The position numbers and the translations under genes are program-made. Below the pieces are notes generated by a model. It worked only from the letters and a program-made list of their open reading frames with translations. It was not told the DNA's origin and searched no databases. A stretch of 64,000 bases of DNA, taken from NCBI GenBank assembly GCA_963706955.1, contig CAVPOC010000011.1, forward strand, positions 19,033 through 83,032, written 5' to 3'. This document shows positions 53,325-62,761 of this stretch, piece by piece (the stretch's first letter is position 1; every line of letters starts with the position of its first letter). Source of the DNA: an uncultured Verrucomicrobiae bacterium (GTDB lineage: Bacteria > Verrucomicrobiota > Verrucomicrobiia > Chthoniobacterales > Terrimicrobiaceae).

Positions 53325-54728
53325 ATGGGCATATCGCTAAATAGCCGCTGGCGGAGGCGGTGTTCAACGCCAATTGTGGTCCTGGCCACGCTGACCATTG
53401 CCCGTGCAGCCCCGCCCGGATCACAAGTTCCGGCGGTGCCGAACGACCTCGGATCACTCATCGATCATGGCCTCAGCCGAAATCCGGCCACGCGAAAGGC
53501 ATGGTTCGAAGCCCGCGCGGCCGCAGCGGCGGTCGGTGAAGCCCGCGCGCGTTACTATCCGTGGGTCAGCGCCCGCTTCGAAGGCGGCAGCGACAAATGG
53601 TACACCCCGCCGGCCACCGGCCCGGACAATTACACCCGGGTGCAGGCCACCACGATTCTTTCTATCGAATACCTTCTCCTCGACTTCGGGCGCCGATCAG
53701 CCGAAGTGCGGCGGACCCTTGCCATCCTCGATGCCGCCGGGTTGGCTTACGAAAGGAAGCTGCAGGAAGTGGTTTTCAAGGTGCAAAGTGCGTATTTTGC
53801 CTATGAGGCCTCGCTCCGCCGCGCCGAAGCGGCCCGAGCCCTGGTGGAAGCCTCTCGGGCCGCAGCCGAAACTGTCGAGCGCGAGGTCAAAGCCGGGCTG
53901 GCCGCGGTACCCGAATTGCAGCTCGCCAAAAGGAATTTGCTCAAGGCGGAATACGACCGCGAAGCCGCGGATGTCGAAGTGAAGACCACCCTCGGCGACC
54001 TTTGCGTTGCCGCCGGACTTCCCGCCAATACCCCGCTCCAAATCGTCGTCACCGAGGCGCCGGTCTCGACTGCGGAATTGCGGGGCAAGGCCGCCAAGCT
54101 AATTGACGAAAGCCTCGCGAGCCGGCCCGACCTCGCGGCCCGCGCCGCCGAAGTCCGCGCCAGTGAAGCCGCCATTCGCAAAGCCCGGGCAGACTTCCTG
54201 CCCGAAATCAAACTCCAAGGACAATATTCCTTCTCGGCATTCGGCTATGACGCCAACGACGGCAAAGTCCATGGTCGCTATGCCGAGGATATCAACGGTT
54301 ACGGCGCTTTTCTCGTCGCCAAATGGGATTTGTTCGATGGGTTCGAACGGCTCGAGCGCCTGCGCCGGAAATCCGCGGAAACGGAAACCGCCCGGGAAGA
54401 GTTGGAACTCGCCCGCCTCGATGCCACCCGTGATGTCTGGTCCGCCTACCAACAAACCCTCAGTGCCGCCAGCCGGGTCGAATATTCCGAAAGTTTCGTG
54501 GCCTCCGCCCGCGAAACCAACGACGCCGTCCGGACCGCCTACGAAAGCGGACTCTCCACTATCGCGGAATTCACCCAGGCCGCCGGCGAACTCGCCCTCG
54601 CCCGCTCTACCCGCGCTACCGCGATCGCCGAATATTCCACCAGCCTCGCCGCCCTCGCCTTTGCCACTGGACTGCCAAAATCCTCCGCGACGGCACCCCC
54701 GCAGCAAACGCGGCAGAGAAAGAAATAG
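53325..54728 (+). CDS. TolC-family outer-membrane efflux protein
   Basis: NP.TR.AW..A..AA..VG.ARA.YYP, LLDFG, RPDL, FLPEI, WDLFDGF, YESGL; start 53304 or 53325. Confidence 0.9.
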   Translation: MGISLNSRWRRRCSTPIVVLATLTIARAAPPGSQVPAVPNDLGSLIDHGLSRNPATRKAWFEARAAAAAVGEARARYYPWVSARFEGGSDKWYTPPATGPDNYTRVQATTILSIEYLLLDFGRRSAEVRRTLAILDAAGLAYERKLQEVVFKVQSAYFAYEASLRRAEAARALVEASRAAAETVEREVKAGLAAVPELQLAKRNLLKAEYDREAADVEVKTTLGDLCVAAGLPANTPLQIVVTEAPVSTAELRGKAAKLIDESLASRPDLAARAAEVRASEAAIRKARADFLPEIKLQGQYSFSAFGYDANDGKVHGRYAEDINGYGAFLVAKWDLFDGFERLERLRRKSAETETAREELELARLDATRDVWSAYQQTLSAASRVEYSESFVASARETNDAVRTAYESGLSTIAEFTQAAGELALARSTRATAIAEYSTSLAALAFATGLPKSSATAPPQQTRQRKK

Positions 54729-54779
54729 CCTCCTGATTCCGGGCCAGACCGACGATGATCCCCAGGTCCTTTGCCAGGA

Positions 54780-54985
54780 GAGTTGTCTGCGCAACATGCT
54801 TCATCAGAGAGTGCCAATGTAGTTCACCGCTCCCAAGGCAACAAAAGCGACAGCAAGGCCAGCCCAACCCGGTCCGACGCTCTCGCTTGGTATGGCAACT
54901 CCGGTCTCGCAGGCGTTGCTGAACACAATCGGAAACCCGCGCAGGCGCGTTGTTATGTCTACCGCACGGAGTTTTCCTTGTTCAA
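54780..54985 (-). pseudogene. CHAT (caspase-like protease) domain fragment
   Basis: PIVFSNACETG...GLAVAFVALGAVNYIGTL, containing the catalytic Cys motif. Confidence 0.6.
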
Positions 54986-55059
54986 ATATCAAGCAGGACT
55001 GTACGATCGCCTCGCAGGCCATCAGCACTTCACCTTTGGGGGCGGGATCGCCAGACGGG

Positions 55060-55322
55060 CCTCGTGTACTCCAGCGGGGTGCGCTCCTCGTCACGTAGGA
55101 AATCCAGGTCTCGGGGCGCCGCGAGACGCCGAACTCGCCCATGAAGTCCCTGCTGTTGGGCAGCCAGCCGGTTTCCGAGCCCTCGCGCACCATCTGGACC
55201 ATGCGCAGGATGCGGTAGTACCAAGTCTGTATGAATGCAGCCCGGAACGTGAGCCTTGAGCCAGCGCCGGGACTTCGGTTCCAGAAAGCCCACGAAGCCA
55301 AATCGAGCGTTTGCTTTTCCAT
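55060..55322 (-). pseudogene. N-terminal wHTH of a WYL/YafY-type regulator, truncated
   Basis: RILRMVQMVR...LPN...EFGVSRR + RDLDFLRDEERTPLEY across a frameshift. Confidence 0.65.
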
Positions 55323-55416
55323 GCGCGGCTATTGAGCTAAAGAGCGGCAAAGGAGGCCCCACCGCAGCGACTGGGGCTTTTTCTTTTGGCGAATGCGGCG
55401 TATGTATTTTCTAAGT

Positions 55417-56406
55417 ATGCCTTGTGATTCTCCTCATTTGATCGTCGAACCCGATGACGGAGTGGCCCCCGTCCGCGATTTCATCAATTCTGCAACGACG
55501 ACACTTCTTATCAAGCAATTCACGTTTTCCGAGCCGAGCCTGCTCCAGGCGGTAGTTGATCGCCAGAAGGCCGGCGTGCAGACAAGGGTGATGCTCAATC
55601 CCAAGCGATCGGGTGGCGACCGCGCCAATGATGAAACTTTTGATTTTTTCAAAACGAATGGAGTCGGTATTCAGTGGGCGAACCCGAAGTTCTACGTAAC
55701 GCACGAGAAGTCGATCGTGGTTGACGGGAAAACGGCGCTCATCTCGACGTTTAATCTTTGCGTGAAGTATTTCACCCAGACGCGCGACTACGGCGTGGTA
55801 ACGCACGATCCCATCCGGGTGGCGCAGGTCATCGAGGGATTCGAAGCGGATTGGGAGCACCGCGACTGGGCTCCCGATGCCGATAGCGGATTGCTCTGGA
55901 GCAACGCGAACTCGCGCCTGCGCATGTCGACTTTTATAGACGCGGCGAAACACAAACTTGACGTCCAGCACCCGAAATTCGTCGATGCCGTCATCTTAGA
56001 CCGCATTCTTGAGGCGGCTGAGCGCGGGGTCCACGTGCGCGTTCTCTGCGGGGGCAAGCACGGAATCAGCGATTGGGACGTCCTGGACACGTTCTCTTCC
56101 CTGCGCGTGCTCAAACGCTTCGGGGTCAAGGTTCACAAGCAGAAAAATTTGCGACTTCACGCCAAGCTTCTGATCGCGGACGATACGCTCGCGCTGGTCG
56201 GATCGATGAATATCGATCGCAGCGCCTTCGACCTGCGCAGAGAACTGGGCACGACAGTTAGCGAAAAAGACATTGTGAAGCGTCTCATCGAGGTCTTCGA
56301 CGGCGACTGGGACCTTTCGCACGGCTACGATCCCCCAGACCCTCTGGACCCTTCAAAACACAAGGAGACTGACTTTCCGCACGATCACGAGCTGCGGCAT
56401 GAATGA
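55417..56406 (+). CDS. Phospholipase D superfamily protein with two HKD motifs and no membrane anchor
   Basis: THEKSIVVD and LHAKLLIAD...GSMN, RRELG. Confidence 0.88.
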   Translation: MPCDSPHLIVEPDDGVAPVRDFINSATTTLLIKQFTFSEPSLLQAVVDRQKAGVQTRVMLNPKRSGGDRANDETFDFFKTNGVGIQWANPKFYVTHEKSIVVDGKTALISTFNLCVKYFTQTRDYGVVTHDPIRVAQVIEGFEADWEHRDWAPDADSGLLWSNANSRLRMSTFIDAAKHKLDVQHPKFVDAVILDRILEAAERGVHVRVLCGGKHGISDWDVLDTFSSLRVLKRFGVKVHKQKNLRLHAKLLIADDTLALVGSMNIDRSAFDLRRELGTTVSEKDIVKRLIEVFDGDWDLSHGYDPPDPLDPSKHKETDFPHDHELRHE

Positions 56407-56959
56407 GGCGGAAGGGCGTTCAAAGGTTGCGCTCCTCGAGTTGGCGTGGACGTTCAACCATATAGCTTTGGCCTCGTTCGGAGGCGGCCTGTCGGCATGG
56501 TCCCGCGAGGTCGTCGTCGTTGAGAAGAAATGGATGGCTGAGGAAGAATTTCTGAGCGCCCTCACGATGTGCCGGATCTTGCCGGGCGCGAACCAGGTAA
56601 ATTTCGCGGTCTTCGTGGGTTCGAAATTCCGTGGCCTGCCCGGCGCGGCGGCGGCGGTAATCGGTCTATGCCTGGTCCCGGTGCTGATCATCCTCGGTCT
56701 CGGTTACGCTTATTTTCAGTTCCATCAAATTCCCGCCCTTCAAAAAGTCTTACACGGTGCGGCGGCCGCCGCGGTCGCGCTGACGCTGGCGATGGCGATC
56801 AAGACTGGTCGAAAATGCCTGCGGGGCGTGATCCCGTGGCTCCTTTTCGCGGCCATTTTTGTTATGAATGGCGTTTGGCGCTGGCATCTGCTTCCGTGCC
56901 TCGCCCTCCTGGCGCCGCTGAGTCTAGTCTGGGGATGGCCGAGGACGAAGAAGCCATGA
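56399..56959 (+). CDS. Short-chain chromate transporter subunit 1
   Basis: SFGGG, VVEKKW..EEF, ILPGAN. Confidence 0.9.
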   Translation: MNEAEGRSKVALLELAWTFNHIALASFGGGLSAWSREVVVVEKKWMAEEEFLSALTMCRILPGANQVNFAVFVGSKFRGLPGAAAAVIGLCLVPVLIILGLGYAYFQFHQIPALQKVLHGAAAAAVALTLAMAIKTGRKCLRGVIPWLLFAAIFVMNGVWRWHLLPCLALLAPLSLVWGWPRTKKP

Positions 56960-57507
56960 GCGCAAGAACATTGGTCCAGATCTTCCTCCTGTTTAGTTCG
57001 CTCTCCCTGCTCTCGATTGGCGGCGGCAATACGGTTCTGCCGGAACTGCACTACAAGGCCGTCAACGACCATCATTGGCTCAACGACAGCCAGTTCGCGG
57101 ACATTTTCGCGATTTCCCAGGCCGCGCCCGGTCCGAGCATTTTGATTGTTACGCTGGTTGGCTACAAGGCGGGACTAAGCGCCGGGGGTCAACTGGTGGG
57201 GATTCTAGGTGCGATTCTCGCCACAGCTTCGATGATGGCGCCGGCGGGGCTGCTCGTCTATTTCGTCGTGCAGTTCTGGGAGCGCGCCAAGGATTCGCCG
57301 GTCCGCCGCGCGATCGAAAGGGGGTTTGCGCCGCTGACCGTCGGTCTGGTTTTGGCGAGCGGGTATGTGATGAGCAAGGCGGCGGACCAGGACTGGCGCG
57401 CCTATTTGCTCACGGGCGTCTGCACGCTTATTTTTGTCCTGACCAAGATAAATCCACTGGTCGTAGTGGCGCTCGCGGGTTTTCTTGGCTGGTTGGGTAT
57501 TGTTTGA
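56956..57507 (+). CDS. Short-chain chromate transporter subunit 2
   Basis: SIGGGN, WLND.QFAD.FAISQAAPGP; ATGA overlap. Confidence 0.9.
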   Translation: MSARTLVQIFLLFSSLSLLSIGGGNTVLPELHYKAVNDHHWLNDSQFADIFAISQAAPGPSILIVTLVGYKAGLSAGGQLVGILGAILATASMMAPAGLLVYFVVQFWERAKDSPVRRAIERGFAPLTVGLVLASGYVMSKAADQDWRAYLLTGVCTLIFVLTKINPLVVVALAGFLGWLGIV

Positions 57508-57811
57508 GTAGAGATCGCAAGTCGTAGAGGGCCCCAAGGGCGTTCCCCTTCTCCCGGTGAAGGAAGAAAAGATCAGGAGAGCCAATTCTTGGCGCGACGA
57601 TGACCTGTAGAGGCCTCTTATCTTCCGACAAGGGAGAGTTTTAGCCTGTCCGGTTGGGTATCGAATTTGCTGATGAGTGTTCATCGTTCGACACGCTCAT
57701 CCAACCAGACGGCGAATGTCGCGAACGCACGCAGGCTTCAGGACGGGTGAAGAAACCCGCCTCTCGGTTTGATGGTGGGGGCGAATCGTGACGATAGCCC
57801 GCGAGGCTCCC

Positions 57812-58255
57812 TCACCAAGTCCCGCCGGCATCGGATTGCTCCAAATTCCCCCAGGAGCCATACCACCGATAGATCAGATCTTCGTCCATATTGTGCACCA
57901 TCTGTTCCTCCGTTTTCACCTTCGCCTTCGCGGCAAGCTGCTGGAACTGCCGGTATTGGGCCTGGTTGCCAGTATACACTACACCCGCCTTCTCGTCCTT
58001 GTAGGCGTAAGTGATCTTACCACCCTTTGTTGCGCGGAACACCTGATAAGCAGGCAGGGCCGCATATGCTGCCTTTTGCTTCTCTGTGGATGGCGTGCGC
58101 GCCTGAAAGCCCGCTTGCCTAAGCAGCGATTCCCGGGTTGCGGTCTCGGTGGTGACGCAGCCGGCGAACCCAACGAGCCCGCAGACGGCGACTATTAACG
58201 ATGCAATCGCGAGGTAGGAGACGCTAGGCTGTTGCTGAGAAGAGTGCGATTTCAT
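57812..58255 (-). CDS. Uncharacterised lipoprotein, distant paralogue of copies A and B
   Basis: FAG-C lipobox, RESLLRQAGF..RTP, Y.YKD, VYTG..QY.QFQQL, WYGSWG tail. Confidence 0.75.
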   Translation of the reverse strand: MKSHSSQQQPSVSYLAIASLIVAVCGLVGFAGCVTTETATRESLLRQAGFQARTPSTEKQKAAYAALPAYQVFRATKGGKITYAYKDEKAGVVYTGNQAQYRQFQQLAAKAKVKTEEQMVHNMDEDLIYRWYGSWGNLEQSDAGGTW

Positions 58256-58604
58256 AACGGGTAACTTAGAGTGGTGGGTGATACCTTAATCATAGGTTTG
58301 GCAGATCGCGCCACCTCGGGCAAGCTCCTTTTGGCGCTAGCGAGGGAACCGTTCCCTGCTAGCCACTGTAGATTGATTCTCGCTCAGCGTCTTCTTGGCG
58401 CTAAAAGCCTCGCCATGACTTTTTGCTTCCTTGGCAGGGGTCAAGGGAACCGGATAGTCGATCCAAGAAGTCTTCGCCTTTTTAAAATCCGCACCGTCTA
58501 CGTTTACCTCCGGGACGAGGATTACGGCCGCTCGGAAGAACGCAGCTTCGTCAAAATCTGCAAGCGCGACGGCGCCTTCAGCAGCGCGGCGATTTCCTCC
58601 GGCC

Positions 58605-58935
58605 TTGGCTTCGTTCGTTGGGAGGTAGTCAACTGCGGAGGGAGGATTCGTTGCCATTTACCCCATCTTTACGGCGACCCCAAGAGCCGAGGCGACGATC
58701 CTGTGAGCCAGCTTGCTGTCACGGAGGATTTCCCGAGCCTTTCCGCATCGTGGAAAGAGCGCACATCCTTCGGCGTCACAGCATGCAGCGGAAGGCCCGC
58801 CCGCGGCGAGAGAAAATTCTTGATCAGCTTTTCATATCGCTAGCCGGTTTTCTGCCCCCGAGCAGCTTTCTTCGTCGCCATCCATTCGCTAAGCCAGCCC
58901 TCTACGGTAAAATTGTCGAGCGGTTCGCTGGCGCT
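58605..58935 (-). pseudogene. Tyrosine recombinase/integrase core-binding-domain remnant
   Basis: EPLDNFTVEGWLSEW..KK...T.*RYEKLIKNFL...LHAVTPKDVRSFHD...KSS.T...RIVASAL..AVKMG*MATNP.SAV; two stops and one frameshift. Confidence 0.6.
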
Positions 58936-58949
58936 GGGTTGTGACATGC

Positions 58950-59195
58950 GTGCTCACCTCAACAGTCCTCTTGTAGGAGGGGCGTCCGTAGAAAGCAGGA
59001 AGGCTCGTCCCACCGATGATTTGTCCTGAATCCTCGTAAACGAAAACAGGTGCGTGGACGGATCATGCTTCCGAAACCACTCGAGCCGTTCTTCAACCAT
59101 TACCGGCGTTGTGTCTGCGGTGGCCGTTCCGCCAAGGATCGGCTCGTTGTAGATCTCGACGATGGCTGGCAAGTCAGCCTCAGTTGCCAAGTCGT
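58950..59195 (-). pseudogene. GNAT (phosphinothricin acetyltransferase-like) remnant
   Basis: ATEADLPAIVEIYN..I..GTATADT.PV.VEERLEWF..H, then RPSYKRTVEVS after a frameshift; C-half missing. Confidence 0.75.
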
Positions 59196-59672
59196 ATGGA
59201 GGTCATCACACTGTTGCCGAACAAGTGATCTGTCTTTTTCGGATATCATGGCAAGTCGGACTTACTCGCCAGCGGGAGGCGCTTCGGCTTCCTTTGCCGC
59301 TTAGGGATCCAGCAGCGTTGTCCACTCCGAACTCCAGGGGCCGCGTCCTCTCCTATTTTTCGCGCCACAATTCAAACAGCGTTACGAAACCCACCCTCGC
59401 CCGCTCACCCACTCAACCTGCAAATAGGCCTCCTCGTAAGCACTCTCAACCGTAGGTGCTTCCATGAATGTCAATTATTCTATCCCCTGTGCTCATGTAC
59501 GAGGGGGAGTCCCGGGGCCACCGGGGTCGTGTGCCAGGCCCCCGAGTCGCTAATCGATCCCAAATCGAGACGGATCCCTTCCATCGCGCGATCGCACAAA
59601 GGCGGAGGGGGAATGCATTTGCGAGTCCTGCTTCTGGGCCATAACATAATATAATGCCGAGAGACTCTAGTG

Positions 59673-60220
59673 CTAGCGCATCACTCTGTTCCCGAAGGTT
59701 TTATCGAAATCGGCAAGGGCCTCTAGGTGGCCGCTAGACAATGTCCCAAGAACTTGTGTGTTTTCGGGCTTGTCTGGTAACACCTTGACCTCTGCTGGCT
59801 TAGCGGCGCCAAGCTCATCGGGGCCAGAGCGCCGGCGGATCATAACCAGAAGCTCGGTGATGTAATTATCAGACTCGCCTGACTTGTCCCATCCGAGCAT
59901 CTTGCGGATGCCATCAGCGGCCTCAATCTTCGCCGGCATGATCAGGCGCTTTTTGTGGACCGTGCGCACGGGCTCACCCTTGCCATTGTAATGCGTCACC
60001 GTGGTTTCCTCCACGCCTTGGCAGAGGCGGTCATCAGCAGTCAGCGTGCTTGCACCTCGTTCGAGGCAGTCGCAATAAAAGTCGAGTAGTTGCTTGCGTC
60101 CCCAGCGGCATTCAGCCTCGTTTTCAGCCTGGATCTCATCTACACGCGCGCGCACGCAAGGATAATTCGCCACGCGGTTTGCGTGAGCGGTGCAGTTCTT
60201 GAGGGATGTTTTTAAAGCGC
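59673..60220 (-). CDS. Phage terminase small subunit-like protein, 5' end eroded
   Basis: ANRVANYPCVRARVDEIQ...MPAKIEAADGIRKMLGWD resembles the TerS architecture. Confidence 0.45.
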
Positions 60221-60435
60221 GTTGGGAACCGATGGCTTCGAGCCCCGCGGCGGGTTGGCTTAAATGTTTAAGCGCGATGAGCTGAGGTCGCGTTTTTGAG
60301 CCGGGGCATTTGCCAGGGTGGGTGGAATTGAAAATAGTTTAAACGTAGTCGACTGATCCCTTCCTTAACAAATTTCAAGGAGTTTTGCGAAGTCATTCGG
60401 CTGGCTGAATGCAGCGGTGATTTGCTGAAATCTGC

Positions 60436-60752
60436 GCTGGAGTTGGCGCGCCGCTTGGATGCCGTCAAGCCGCGGTATGGTAATGTCATGCACGGTGACA
60501 TCCGGATGAAGCCGCTCCGCCTCAGTAAGGAGTTTGCATCCATCGCCCACTCTACCAACCACCAAACACTCGCCGGCCAGCGCGAAGTGCTGCAATTTCT
60601 CGCCGAAAGGTGGCGCAATGAAGGAAATCGCGGGCCTCCTCCATGTGCCCGAGCGCACGATAGCCTTTCACAAATACACGATCATGGGACACCTTGGCGT
60701 CAAGACGAGCGCCGAGCTGGTGCAATATGCTTTCAAGCATAGAAAAAGCTGA
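60436..60752. pseudogene. Inverted chimera: REC fragment (minus strand) fused to a LuxR HTH fragment (plus strand); copy D
   Basis: Minus: ECLVVG.VGDG..LL.EAERLHPDV..DIT.PRLDGI.AARQL. Plus: QREVLQFLAE..MKEIAGLL..RTIAFHKYTIM.HLGVKTSAELVQYA. Confidence 0.85.
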
Positions 60753-60849
60753 CTTGGGTTTACAGTGATTCATGTTGTTTTTTGACGGTCCCGGAGGTCA
60801 ATTTCATGGAGCCGAGGTCAAAGCTCCCGTCAGCTGCGATGCAGGCCCG

Positions 60850-61114
60850 GCCGACGGCTGGGCTGCTCGTTCATTTGGTCGTGCAATTCTGGGAGCGCGC
60901 TAAGAATTCTCCCGTGCGCCATGCCATCGAAAAAGCATTCGCCGCCGTTCGATTGGTTCTGGCAAGCGGTTATGTGATGAGCAAGGCCGTGGATCAGGAC
61001 TGGCGCGCCTATCTCATCACCGGGATCTGCACGATCGTTTTCGTTTTTACGAAAGTGAATCGACTGATCGTGGTGGCAATTGCAGGGCTTCTCGGCTGGA
61101 TGGGTCTTTCATGA
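60850..61114 (+). pseudogene. C-terminal fragment of a chromate transporter subunit-2 paralogue
   Basis: AGLLV..VVQFWERAK.SPVR.AIE..FA...LVLASGYVMSKA.DQDWRAYL matches 57245-57507. Confidence 0.85.
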
Positions 61115-61149
61115 CTGGAAACATTAGAGTCATCTCAACAAACAGAAAT

Positions 61150-61935
61150 CTATTTTGCCTTATCGAAGGACTCGCGGAGATCGATCATACCCTGCTGGCT
61201 TACTTTGATCAGCCCACGCCGCGGTCGATCGAGATCGGCTATCAATGTAATAAGAACCGATATGAGAATGACGACGAGAAGCGTGACAAAGAGATGGCGA
61301 TGGCCCGAGAACCCAGCTGAATAGCCGATAAACCCGAAGCCGATTATCGCAATCGTGTAAAGTATCAGGAAAACCGTTGAGGGCACATGATCGCTAATAG
61401 CAGTGGCCCGTTTTTCGCTAAGGTCGATCACTTTGTTCATTGACTCGATAAATAATCTGACAATCTCGGTACGCTGCCCTTCGGCCGATAAGGCGATAGC
61501 ATGTGACCAGATCTGCTGATGTAACTGCTCAGCCTCCTCAGATGCCTTTCTCAACCCGACATCATCGATTCCTACTACATAAAACGCGAGACGGACATCG
61601 ACGTATTTCCGCAATAATTTCGGGACCTCTTCATTACGAGGCGGAGGTAATAGTTTCGCGCGCAGATACGTGGTATCGATGGCGGCCGCCTCCGCCAGTA
61701 CGAGATCCCTGCGGGTATCATAGCGTGACAAGGCCATAGCAAAAGAGAAGCCGAGCATCAGACCCAGCAATGCCAAAACGGCGGCCTCAAGCGTGCCTAT
61801 GTGCGACTTTGCTGTTTCCGGCACTTTTGCCTTCACCCACCTGCCCAATCGAAAACCAACTTCAGTGGCTAAGGCGAATAAAGCAATCGTCAGCAAAAAG
61901 ATCACCCGTAGGTCCAATCTGTAAATCCATCCCAT
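61150..61935 (-). CDS. DUF4239 / bestrophin-like membrane protein
   Basis: LLGLMLGFSF.MA.SRYD.RR..V..EA.AI.T.YLRA, DLDRPRRGLIKVSQ. Confidence 0.8.
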   Translation of the reverse strand: MGWIYRLDLRVIFLLTIALFALATEVGFRLGRWVKAKVPETAKSHIGTLEAAVLALLGLMLGFSFAMALSRYDTRRDLVLAEAAAIDTTYLRAKLLPPPRNEEVPKLLRKYVDVRLAFYVVGIDDVGLRKASEEAEQLHQQIWSHAIALSAEGQRTEIVRLFIESMNKVIDLSEKRATAISDHVPSTVFLILYTIAIIGFGFIGYSAGFSGHRHLFVTLLVVILISVLITLIADLDRPRRGLIKVSQQGMIDLRESFDKAK

Positions 61936-62079
61936 AGTTATCTGGTCGGGGGAAATTCCTTCTCGACGGTCTCGTGGCGGTCGGCAACCTGATTGTAGAG
62001 GCTCGGAGGCACCTCGAGCGTGATCTCGTAATATTCCATGCCGTCGGCGTCGTCGCCCAGGTGCTCACAAGTGGGTCGT

Positions 62080-62188
62080 CAGTTCGTCATTGCCAACATA
62101 TACGGTGTTCTTGCCGGTGTCGCCGTCGAAGACCTCATAGGCTACCGGAAAACCCTCCGGGGTGAGTACCAGAGCAACCAGGACTTGC
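62080..62188 (-). mobile_element. IS1634-family transposase fragment, copy 1
   Basis: QVLVALVLTPEGFPVAYEVFDG; 109-bp near-identical repeat of 62634-62741. Confidence 0.65.
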
Positions 62189-62633
62189 AAAGTGCGACCT
62201 CGGCACTCGCGCTTTTGTACGCGAATAGGCGAGCGAGTGTTGCCAAGAATTTGTCGAGTTCAGCGGTGAATTCTGTATCCATCCTTCTCACAGTTCATCG
62301 TCGAGACTTTAGCGACGGCGAGCCGGAAAATCACTCCTCAAATCCGCAAGCGGTGGTCTTTAAGGCAACGAGCTCCTAGGTCTCCAGTAGGCCTAGGATT
62401 GGTTATGATTATTAAGCAATAGATGAACTAGCGACGAGCGGTCGGAGCCTTTCTAGGGGCGACTGTGTAGTCGATTCAAATGGCGAAGGGCCAGAGAGCG
62501 CAAGCGAAAACTCAATGAATACTTTGGTCTTGCGACGGAGAGCACGAAACGTCGCACGAGGATTCCCGCCACGGTTTCAGCAACCGGGCAATATCTTAGT
62601 GCAATGCCTCTGTTAAAATTCGGGATCGCCGTA

Positions 62634-62761
62634 CAGTTCGTCATTGCCAACATATACGGTGTTCTTGCCGGTGTCGCCGTCGAAGACCTCGTAGGCTACC
62701 GGAAAACCTCCGGGGTGAGTACCAGAGCAACCAGGACTTGCTAAGTATCCGGACGGTGATC
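62634..62761 (-). mobile_element. IS1634-family transposase fragment, copy 2
   Basis: DHRPDT*QVLVALVLTPE.FPVAYEVFDG matches the family motif DHRPDxxQ; in-frame stop. Confidence 0.65.

Noticed and set aside
52016..53461. The 481-aa ORF as a single YtcA-HlyD fusion
   Set aside because: A frameshift in ytcA places its first half in the HlyD frame; HlyD has its own ATG at 53083 overlapping the ytcA stop.
59523..59553. GGGGTCGT...CGCTAA as a fourth Tn3-like IR
   Set aside because: Too short (31 bp), lacks the A-rich core and has no partner.
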